From Candidatus Omnitrophota bacterium (GTDB lineage Bacteria > Omnitrophota > Gorgyraeia > Zapsychrales > JANLHA01), in assembly GCA_963662715.1 (NCBI GenBank), contig OY759724.1:1050001-1082000 (forward strand): 32,000 nucleotides of DNA, given 5' to 3'. Below, piece after piece: positions 16,410 through 27,200 of this stretch. The translations under genes were made by a program, and so were the position numbers. Each line of letters opens with the position of its first letter. Position 1 is the first letter of the stretch. Under the pieces are notes generated by a model. The model was not told the origin of the DNA and did no database searches. It saw only the letters and a program-made list of their open reading frames with translations.

Positions 16410-18209
16410 ATGAACAAAGTTCATATATTGTCACCTGATATTATCGCAAAAATCGCCGCGGGAGAAGTCGTGGAGCGCCCGGCATCCGTGTTAAAGGAAC
16501 TTATGGAAAACGCGCTTGATGCCGACACGCAATCCATCGACGTGCACCTGAAGCAGGCCGGAAAAATTTATCTTTCGATCAAAGATAGCGGGACCGGCAT
16601 ATCGGAAGAAGATATTGAAAAAATTTTTCAAAGGCATTCTACCAGCAAAATTTCCTCTCCGGAGGATCTCTTCCGGATTCATTCTCTGGGGTTCCGGGGG
16701 GAAGCCCTTTACAGTATCGCGGCCGTATCGGATATCGTGTTAAGAAGCCGTCCGCAAGACCAGGAGGCCGGATGGGAAATTCATTTGCGGGGGGGAGAAA
16801 AGCTTGGCCTGAAACCCGCGGCCATGCCGGTCGGGACAGAGATCGAGGTCCAGGAACTCTTTTTCAATACTCCGGCCCGAAGAAAATTTTTAAAGTCCAA
16901 CACAACGGAATTGAACCAGATCCTTAACATTTTTATCCCTTATACATTACTGTATCCTCATATCCGTTTCGTTCTCACGCACGGGGAGAAACCGCTTCTC
17001 GACCTGGCGCCGGGGAACCAGCTACGGGCACGCATAGCCGAAGCCCTCAACTTAAACGAAGAACACCTCCTGGAACTGAGCCACACCTTCGAACAAGAAG
17101 CCATTACGGTCCGTGCCGTCCTGGGAGATATCAATATCCACCGCTCCCGCAGGGACATGCAGTTTCTCTTTATTAACAACCGTCCCGTGTTCAGCAAGGT
17201 CCTGAGCTTTCATCTGAATCAAGTCTACCGTCTGATCTTGCCTGACGGGTCTTTCCCCTTCTTCGCCCTTTATATCGACATGCCGGCTGAAGACGTCGAT
17301 GTCAATATTCATCCCACCAAACGGGAAGTCAAAATCAGGGATGAACAAAGTCTGGCAACCCTTCTAAGGCATATGTGCGAAAACGCGCTCCTTTCCGGAG
17401 GATCGGCCAAACAGGCTGTTGCCCGGGACGAAGGCCCTTCATCATCACGACCCTCGTTCGTTCAACAGGCCCTGTCGGGGACGGCGCAGCAAGCAGGAGA
17501 GGAAACGAGAATGTCTTTTGTGCAACAGGGGGAGGAAAAGGCCGTAAAACACTTCCGCCTTTCGCCTACGGAACAATATTCTTTCCCGGAGAAAAAGCAT
17601 CCCGGCCTTCAGGGGGAACCCCTTCTTTTTAAAAAACAGGACAATCTGCCGTCCCGACTGGGCCGGGCCCGTTTCGTCGGAACTTTTATCAATAAATTTC
17701 TGTTTTTTGAAGAAGACCGTTCGCTGCTCGTGATAGACCAACATGCCGCTCAGGAACGGATCACGTTTGAACAGCTTGTGCAGCAGATGGAAAAGGGGCA
17801 GATTGAAGTTCAGAATCTTTTAAGCCCGTATCTTCTGGAACTTTCCCCGCAGGACATGCTTTCCTGGGAAGAAGCCCAGCCGGCGCTTGACCAGATAGGC
17901 TTTTCTTCGACGCAATTCGACGAACAGACCGTCGCCATTCATTCCTACCCTGTCCTTATTAAAGATCCGGCCAAAGCCGTCTGTGATCTTCTGGCCGGAG
18001 GGGATTTCGCCCGCTGTGATCATGAAACCATGGCCAGGAGAGCCTGCCGGTCCTCTATTATGGCCGGCGATAAACTCAACCCGGAACAATGTGAATTTTT
18101 ACGCCGGCAGCTGCTCAAATGCCGGGATCCTTTTACTTGCCCTCACGGCCGCCCCACGGTCATGGAACTTAAGGAAGACTTTTTGGATAAACAGTTCTTA
18201 CGCACATAA
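16410..18209 (+). CDS. mutL: DNA mismatch repair protein MutL (endonuclease-type)
   Basis: 599 aa. GHKL ATPase N-terminus (IAAGEVVERPASVLKELMENALDA, DSGTGI). C-terminal endonuclease motifs DQHAAQERITFE and FTCPHGRP. GGAGA RBS 10 nt upstream. Confidence 0.97.
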   Translation: MNKVHILSPDIIAKIAAGEVVERPASVLKELMENALDADTQSIDVHLKQAGKIYLSIKDSGTGISEEDIEKIFQRHSTSKISSPEDLFRIHSLGFRGEALYSIAAVSDIVLRSRPQDQEAGWEIHLRGGEKLGLKPAAMPVGTEIEVQELFFNTPARRKFLKSNTTELNQILNIFIPYTLLYPHIRFVLTHGEKPLLDLAPGNQLRARIAEALNLNEEHLLELSHTFEQEAITVRAVLGDINIHRSRRDMQFLFINNRPVFSKVLSFHLNQVYRLILPDGSFPFFALYIDMPAEDVDVNIHPTKREVKIRDEQSLATLLRHMCENALLSGGSAKQAVARDEGPSSSRPSFVQQALSGTAQQAGEETRMSFVQQGEEKAVKHFRLSPTEQYSFPEKKHPGLQGEPLLFKKQDNLPSRLGRARFVGTFINKFLFFEEDRSLLVIDQHAAQERITFEQLVQQMEKGQIEVQNLLSPYLLELSPQDMLSWEEAQPALDQIGFSSTQFDEQTVAIHSYPVLIKDPAKAVCDLLAGGDFARCDHETMARRACRSSIMAGDKLNPEQCEFLRRQLLKCRDPFTCPHGRPTVMELKEDFLDKQFLRT

Positions 18210-21200
18210 AATACCCGAAAGATGATCGCGGCCCTCTGAATGACCTGTTCCTTGCTGCAGCAGAGCTTAAAAAGGAAAACCGGAAAATAATTTTCCAAAT
18301 GATCTTTTAAAAACTGCTGTCTCTTCCATCCCTGCCAGAATAACCATGTTTCCTGCAGGCTCTTGGCATACCGTCCTTCTCTCCACTGAAAATGCAGCCG
18401 TTCCATCATCCACAGGACCTGACGTCTGCTAAAAAACAGGACCTCTTTAAAAATATTATTTAACGCCAACAATGCAAAAGCCTCGACATCCTTAAAAAAT
18501 TCGTCTTTATCCGCCGGCGGGCTTAAGCCCGTGCTGGCATAATTATGTTTATCATAGACCACCCGTATGACCTCCTGTTGAAATATTCCGGAGAATCTCG
18601 GAGGCGGGATAATGTTCCCAAATTTGGCAAAAAACAACTCCGTTGTTCGCGTCAGCAAAAACCAATTGAGCCCGGAGGATACCGGGATAGCCGGAGGCAC
18701 TTCCTTGGATAGGCCGAAAGGAGCAAAAGGATTCATAAGGACAGGCGAAGACGGCATCAGTGTCGGCATAAGCAGCTCCGGTATCAGGACGTTCACCGGC
18801 GGCAGGATTTCTCTGTTTTTCTTCTGGCTCTTAACCGGCAACGATTCCACGACAATAGCCGCACCGACAGAAGAGGCTTTTTCCGTTCTCCGCGAAACAG
18901 GATAAGAACCTATCGCAAGAGCCGCTCCGGCACGGACTTTCCGGGGATGTTTTGTAACCTGCCGGCCTTCCGGAGACGGGGCGGAAAGAACCACCGTGGA
19001 TCCCTGCGCTCCGTCTGCTTTATCCCGAATGGGATAAGCCCCTATCATGAGGGCGGCACCGGCACGGAATTTCCGGGCCGACTTTATCTCCGGCGTTCCT
19101 TTAGACACCTGATCCAAAGAAATAAGCCGCAATGAACTGGGGCTGGGGTATTCTGAAGAATCCGGCCTGGCATGTTTTATCCGGACAAAAGCCGTATCGA
19201 CAGCCGCCTCCAAATATATGAAAAGGCGGAAAAACTTATTCAATAAATATATAAGATACTGTAACAACTGATGGAAAAACGCCCTGGCCTTTGATAATAA
19301 CAGCGGCAGGTCAATCCATACAACCTGCTCATCTTCCTCTTCATCAACAATATCAGGGAAAACAAGTGAAATTTCTTGATACTTTTTATTCACAGCAACA
19401 ACATTTGTTGTCGCCGGATTGATCTCCATAAAAATTGTGGGCAGGCCATTCTTCCGGGGGTAAAACATCCAGAAAATAATAACCGCTTTATGAAAAATAT
19501 GTCCTTTATGGCAGCAAAACCTGAAAAGGAAGACCGGAAAATAATGTTCCAAATGCTCTTTCAAAAACTGCTGCCTCTCCCACCCCTGCCAAAACAACCA
19601 TGTTTCCTGCAGGCTTTTCACTAGGCGGCTTTCTCTCCACAGGAAAGGAAGGTGTTCTGTAATCCGCCGGACTTGCCGTCCGGCCATAAACATCGCTTCT
19701 TTAAACGACCGCTCAAAACCCCAGCGGGGTTCCGTAAAAAACCGCCTCAGCGCTCCGGATCCTAATGCCCCAAAGGATTCTTCTTCCTTCGTCCATGACC
19801 GCAGGCGGGACAGCCTTTTCCCGTACCGGTCATCCGGCCACGGGTTCATAGTCATACCGGAAGGGAAAAAAATGGCAGGTGTCTTAAAATAAAAACCTCC
19901 CCGAATCCTTGTGTCTTTTTCTTGTCCGGCAGCAGCAGAAAAAGCAGGAAGAACAGCAGACCGGTAACCGGAAGGCCTCTGCTGAAGCTGAAAGGCCAGG
20001 GGCTGCCTGTGGGCCTTTTCCTGAAACGGACGGAGAAACAGAGATTGGGGAAGGACAGAAATTCGCCGGGAATTCTTTTTCAGCGGAGTCAGCGACACAA
20101 AAGAGTTACGGCGTCCTCTGTTGGGAGACCTGGCTTCGGTTTTATGCCGCTGTGATATCCATTCATGTAATAATTTATACATCCGTTCACGAATGACCTG
20201 CTCCCTATTCTTAAGTTGTGTTCCCCAGAAAATCTCCGGCAGCGGATCCGGGACATAGGGATCGCCGAGAATGATAACTTCACCCCAAACCGTTGAGACA
20301 GAAATATCGAACGGACGCTCTTTTATTTCCATATCAAGACCGAATAATAACACCTCAAAAATCTGTTCCGGAATTTCATGATACCATGACCACAAGGAAA
20401 ATTCTCCGGGCCCCAAGCTCCCTGTTGCCGTTTCTTGAATCTTCACAATGGGAAGCCATTCCCCTTTTCCGGCCTCCGGAAAAGTATATAAAGACGGCCC
20501 GCGCTGCATAGGTGACGGAACAGCCGGCGCCTTTATCCTGACAGCCCCTGTAAAAATACGGCCGACCGGCTCAGAGTAAGAAGCAGGCCCGTATCTTACT
20601 AACACATGGTCTAAAAACTTTAATGCCAACAATTCTTCCGGCAGGCTTTCCTCGGGTTTATTGTAAAAACGCTGAACAGGGGGCAGGCATGTCTCTTCAT
20701 AAACAGCAAAGGAAGGAACCTGGTATAACTCATCCGGGAGCTGTTGGGACTTATATGAATAATACAGCCAGTCCCGTGTGCCTAATAAAACCGTATTATC
20801 ATTCAAGGATAGGCGCTCCAGCTGACACGCCTGCAAAACCGATAAAGCGGGTTTATAAACAGGTTTCTGAAACTGAAGGGGTGAAGATATTTTTCCGTGT
20901 GTTTTATTATCTTTAACTGCTTTCAATCGGCCGGGATCCCGGAGCATAAACGGTTCCGGCACCAATGTCAACCTCTTCATTTTCAATAAAATCTCTCTGA
21001 CAATTTCAAAATCGGCTTTATCGTTTGCGTCGATAAACAAAACGTTCCGCCGGCTCCGTTCAGTCTGAATGACAGGCAAGATAACCTGGCCATGTTCCCT
21101 GACCCGTCTATAGAATAATGAGAGACGTGGGTTGTTATATCGTTTGCGCTGAATCCACCGCTGTTTGGCTGTTTGCTTGGCCACGCCTAAATGCACAATC

Positions 21201-24200
21201 AAAGCCACCCTAAGCTTCTGCTCCTGTAAAACGTTCTTGAACAGCTGATAAGACTCTGCTGTCTTGGGAGAAGTATCAAGCACCAGCCCCCGGGACACAT
21301 CATGTTCTTTCAGCCACTCTGCCAATAAATCCGAATAGATAACCGCGTCGCTGATTTTTGCTCTTTTTCGCATGCCGGAGTCTGCTTGTCTTTTCTGAAC
21401 TTCTAAGCGAATCCTTTCCCCAAAAGAAAGGAACGGTAAACCGAAGTGGTCTGCCATTTTTTGACCGACGGTGGTCTTCCCGGAACACGGCAGGCCCATC
21501 AACACGACAACCGAAGCGTCGGGACGAGCAACCGGAGATGAGACGCTGAAGGGAAGATGCCCGTTAGCAGCGATCAGTCTCCGGGCATCTTTCTGGGCCT
21601 TTAACAGCTCCTGAACAAGATGGCCTTTATTATAAGCGTTCCCCTGAACCGCATCCACGGCATAATCAACGATGGCTTTAAGCTGAGAAGATTTTACCAG
21701 GACAAACCGCCGGGCCATCCAGACCATGTCTTGCGGCTGGGCATTGAGCAATTGATAATAACCGTTACGCCATTTCGGACTAAAAATCTTATTCCGATAC
21801 GGCCCAATAAGTTCACTTCTTTCTTCTCCCATGAAAGCTCCGCCCATATCAAAAAATATAAAAGGATTCGCTCCCTCGCCTTTAAATATGTGGTCCGGAG
21901 TCCTGTCCCAGTTATCAATCACCCTGTCGACAAATTCCACGCCCTGCAAAATCCTGAGCATGCCCGGGGTCAGCCCTTCCGTCACTTCTTCCCAGGTCAA
22001 AGTCGGCAAATCTATAAACGGCATAAGGATAATCTGAGAAAATGCCCGGGAGACCAGATGGGCTTCGGTCGTGGGGATGCCCATAAGGCGGAACAGGCGT
22101 TCGCCGATAATATTAGGGACCAGATGATCGGCATCAATGTATTTGGCAACGTAACGTTCATGCGTTTTTCGATGTTCATAAAGAATCGTGATTTGGGCTC
22201 TCGTCAGGAAACCGAGGAACTGAAAATCCTCCATATCGACCGGCAGGGGCGCCCGTCCGCCGCAGGCCGCCTCTGCCGGTGTGATACGGTTAATCTTCAT
22301 GCGGAAGGTTTCCAGATCATCTTTTAAAATATCCGGCCAGGATTGCCCCGCGGTCCCGTCAATCAACAGCTTGCGGGGCTGGGCCTCCTCATCGACATTT
22401 TGAATGGGCGACGACTCTGCCCGGCGGCCCCGGTCTTGGATGATATCGCTGTCAAGACGCAGGTCCTCGGGGACAGAGGTCTTTCCGGCGATCCTTTCAA
22501 TCATAGGGTTGAAAAAGCGGGCTTTTTCAACAACCTCATGAGGTTCATCCAAATCCCTGTAATTCGAAAGCATGTTTGCGATAAACAGCACAGCAGTGGC
22601 CAGCTGTTCGTCTATGGCGGCCACCGCAACCTGGTTATCCAGATGCGTCCTGAATAAATCTCCTGAAACAAGAAAGGCAAAATCCATCGCATGTATTCCC
22701 AGGGCAGAAAAAACACGCTGTAATGATAAATACTTCATTCCGGAAAACGCGACGTCATCCATAAAAAGGACAGGCATGGCTTTCAGGGCAGAAAAAACGT
22801 CCTGCGCTTGTATTCTTTCAAGGCCGGTCTGCTGCTGAATATCCGTTAAAATCATATCAATCAATAATTTCTTATTTGCATGAACGTGTTGGCTAACAGA
22901 CTTCAGGACTCTTTTTCTCTGCCGGGCTGTGATGTTCTCCGGATGAAGATCAAATGTCTTAATAAGATTTTTATACAGTATATTATTCGTTTCGGGACTC
23001 AGCCAAAGGGTTCCCGGCATGGGTGCATCGCCGTAGGTGTTTTCCCAGGCCACATGGATAAACGCAAATGTCATTGAAGCACTTGAGCCTGAGAGAATAA
23101 TAAGCGAGACCTTTTGCTGATAAATATGCTGAACCATTTTCAGGGCTGCCCGGTAAGCCCCTTCCATAGCAACTTCAAAATCTTCAAGATTAAGCAATAA
23201 CGGTTCCGTTCCCGGAACAGGTGTTCCTGCCGCGCTTTTCCCCCGCACCCCCTTTACGGCTCTGCCTGGCAAAACGGCCGGACGAATTCGAGGCGCGTGC
23301 TGAGGGCTCTTCCCGGGGCTTGAAATCCATGACATTGTTGCATCTTTAAAAACTATCCAGGCCGGCTTAATAAAGGGGATAAATGCCGGGACTTGTCTCA
23401 TGTAGGACAAATACGCCTCCCCGTACTTCAACCATAAAGAATATTCCTCGAGGCGAATACGGAGAATATTCTGCAGGATAAACATGACGATAAACAACAG
23501 TGTTAAAGGACTCGGGATAAAAGCAAGGACGCTTGTGAACAAAACAAGCTGCAAAGCATACTCTGGATGCCGAACCCATTTATAAGGACCGTGTGTCGTC
23601 GGTTCAGACGAAGTGATACTACGATTCCAATCAGCCCAGCGGTTTATCCATAATATTCCTAACCCGCTCAAGACACCGGTAAAAATTCCGCTCATGATTC
23701 TTATGCCGAATCCCGTAAAATCATCCGGGCGGGCCAGACCAAAAGGCACGTGAGCGTCAGGACAGACTAAAAACAAGATAGCGGCGGCAGGCAGCATGAA
23801 TAAGAAAATAAATCTGTTGAGGAATTGCCAGAACCTGCTGTCAAGGGGATGAGTCTGGAGTTTACGACGGAGCTGTTCGCGTTCATGGCTGGTTTTGCAG
23901 GTTTTCCAAGGACGAATTGTCCGGAAAGACATAACCTTATACAAGGAATCAAAACTGCGGCGCAATTCATGATCCGGTCGGAAAAGGATGAAAAGTATGT
24001 CTGCCGCTGAACGGGATATTGTTAAAAGACCGGTGATCACAAGGAATCCGGACAGGGCGGCGTGCCCGGAGAAGAAGGATAAGATAAGAGAAAAGCTGCC
24101 GACGGCCAAAGAAACGGCAACGCCGCTGACCATGCTGAAAGCCTGGCGGGAAGGAGACGCTTGGCTTATACTGACTTTCCCGGAAAAAACACCCCGGGCC

Positions 24201-27200
24201 TGCCGTTTGATTTCCGATAATCCGCGTTTAAAACCGTAAGCCGTGATAAGATGAACTGCTTCCTCTACCCCGACCAGTGTCGGCAGCCACAGCCATTTCC
24301 GGAAGAGCGGCGGCAGTCGGCTGAATGATTCGGAACGGACAAAATTATCCGAAACGGCAACCGTTTCTTGATAATCTGCCCCGTCTTCAGCTTCCTGTTT
24401 CCTTTGAACGGTCTTTGGAGTATTTGTCCTTCGGCCGGCATTCCGGGCATAAATATTAAAAGTGCCTGTGGGGTCAAAACCCAAATTCCTTATCAGTCTA
24501 ATGTAATTATCATATCCCGCCTGCGTCCCTGTTATAAAAACGGCCATGATTTCAAGATGAAATCGCGGGCCGTAGCGTTCAACAAAAGCTTTTAACAGCA
24601 AGGGCCCCAGCCCCTGGCCGCGATATCGCGGATCGACTTCCAGGGTATCTATATGAAAACCGTCCTGGCCCAGTTCCCGGGTTCTAAAAGCCCAAAGAAC
24701 CGCCTTGGGCCGGGCAGGCTCTCCAATATAGAATAAAACCGCTTTCTTTCTAAAACCATGATACCGTCTTATTACAGGCTCCCAGGAGAACTGATCCTGC
24801 AGCAGGACATCGCGGTCCGCTGTATAAAACCAATTCCCTAAGACCTTCAAAACATCCCCCCGGCACACGGTTGCTGTCAGAACAGTGTTCTCTTGCGTAT
24901 CCGGATGAGTAACCGTAAACATCCGGTCTTTCTCTCCCCGAATGACTTCTGCAACCCTTACGACCCCTCCCCAGACAGCTCCGGCGATGGCTCTGACAAG
25001 AACTCTCATCGGGCTCGAAACATTGCCTTGAACCGAAACAGCCCGGGCTTCCCGTGCCGGCATGAACGCATAGATAGCTGCACGTTCCCCGTAAGAATAT
25101 CCGTTCATGCTTTCTTGAGCTGTTTTATAGCCCGGAGGGCTTAAACCTGTACGGGTAAAATTATGATTCGAATCAACCGCTTTGATCATCGCCTCTTTAA
25201 AGCCCCGGATGAAGCGTTGATAGAGGATCATGTTTTCAGATAACACATTGTCTGTAGAACGGTGTTTTCTTTTATCTTGACCTTTACCTTGTTGTCCTGA
25301 TATCTCCCGAAGTACCGTAATGCTTGCCTGAGCTTGATAAGGGGTTCCCGGCCAAGAAGCGGGCGCGGGGATAAATGGGGATCCTTCCTTAGATAAACCA
25401 AAAGGCATGACAGGGTTTATGAGTATCGGCGAAGAAGGTGCGGCCTTTGGCATGAACAGATCCGGCAACAATACTTTCACCGGCGGAGCAGGCAGACGTC
25501 TTTCCGGCAATTTATCCAGATATTCCGCCCAAACATCATCTTTTTCATTTATGATCGGGGATGATGCCGTAGCGACCGTCGCGCCGACAGGTGACGAACT
25601 GATCAATTTGCTTTCCTCCTGCTCCCTGATATACTCCGCCCACACCGGGTCATGCTCATTTATGATCGGGGACGATGCCGTAGCGACCGTCGCGCCGACA
25701 GGTGACGAACTGATCAATTTGCTTTCCTCCTGCTCCCTGATATACTCCGCCCACACCGGATCATGTTTATTGATAAGAGGAGAAGATGTCATCGCCACTG
25801 TTGCCCCCACAGGGGTCGTCCGTGTCTGCATTGTGTTACGACGATTCTGGTCAACAACCTCTAAGGAAATCAACCGTAGCGAACTGCCGGAGTCCCGGGA
25901 CTGTTTACAACCGGCTTGTCTTATCTGCACGGCGGCTGTATGAACGGCTGCTTCAAAATACAGGAAGAAACTCAATGCTTTGTTTATTAAATAAATAAGA
26001 TATTGTAAAAGCTGGTGGAATAAACCCGCGATCTTGGACAATAAGGCAGGGACGTCGATAAAGATAAGCCGGGTGGCCTTTTCTTCATCGGCGACATCCG
26101 GAAAGCCGAATGTCGCTTCTCGATATTCTTTATTTACGATAACAATATTGACTATCCCCTGCGTTTTTTCAGCGGCCTTTGGCATTTTGATATGCTGACG
26201 ATCGCCCATCAAACCCGGATCTTTTTCTATCGCAGTCTTTTTGATAAGCGGTGAACTTGACGGAGTTTCCACAGACAAGGACAATAACTCATCAACACCT
26301 TCCATCTCCTCCTCAAACTGTTCCAGCCGGAAATCGAGGAAAACATCTTTTCGCGCATCCTGCTCATCCTCCAGCATAATAAAGAAATGCTTGCCGGCGT
26401 AATACCGGGCATAGGGTTTCAAAGTTTCAATACAGTAAATCCTCGGGATATGGTGCCCCAGCATATTCAAGGCTTGAGCCAGGGTTGCGTTAATAAAGAC
26501 ACAATATCCCGACAAAGAAATAAAGGACGGCAGGTGTCTGGCCATGATCTTCTGTATTTTCCGGACCTGCCCGGTTAACCTTAAATCCACAAGCTCTGTG
26601 TTCCCTGTCTCCATATCATGAATCATCGATCGATACGCCTCTGCCAATCGGCTGTCCTTCTGAATATTAACAACAAGCTTTTCTATCCGCTCCCTTGCCT
26701 GTCCGGATAAATATTTCCTCGCCATGGGATTATCCCCTGCCAGACGTTCAAGCTGCCGCCGCTCCAGGAAAAGATACCGCATCATCATCGAAGATGAAGA
26801 ACAATCCGAGCCGGCATCCTCGAGGGATGTCTCGGAATGATGTCCGAATGATTTCAAATACCCTGTTAAATAATACGTCGGAATGGTTCTGGCCAGGAAG
26901 TCTTCCCCAAAATGTTCCCGGAGACGGGACCTGTCTCCCTGCCAATGCCTGATCATCCTCATATATAATAATTTTTTCTGTAAATACGTCCTTAAAATAT
27001 CCAGGTAATGCTGATAAAGGTCTGCCTGCTTCATCCCGGCATTCCTTATTTTCCCTTTCTTGGCCACATGAATTCCAAGGTCACGGCAGGCCGCAACCAA
27101 TGTCTGACGCATAAATTTACTCGGAAATCCCTGCAAACGGCTCAACCAGCCTCCCTGGTCATCAGGAACAAAAATATATCCTTTAGCGGTGAGCTCTTTC

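Noticed and set aside
21620-22327. 235-aa plus-strand ORF, along with many other 60-180-aa plus-strand ORFs between 18.6 and 31.3 kb (for example 25407-25943, 27189-27596, 30314-30679)
   Set aside because: All lie antisense to the 13.8-kb open frame. Their translations are low-complexity or Arg/Ser/Pro-rich with no motifs, and they lack RBS context. The 25407-25943 ORF simply mirrors the tandem repeat. They are shadow ORFs of the giant gene.
25518-25816. Possibility that the regular 111-bp repeats are a CRISPR array
   Set aside because: The units are directly adjacent with no unique spacers. They are in frame within a 13.8-kb ORF, are far longer than CRISPR repeats, and no cas genes are present.
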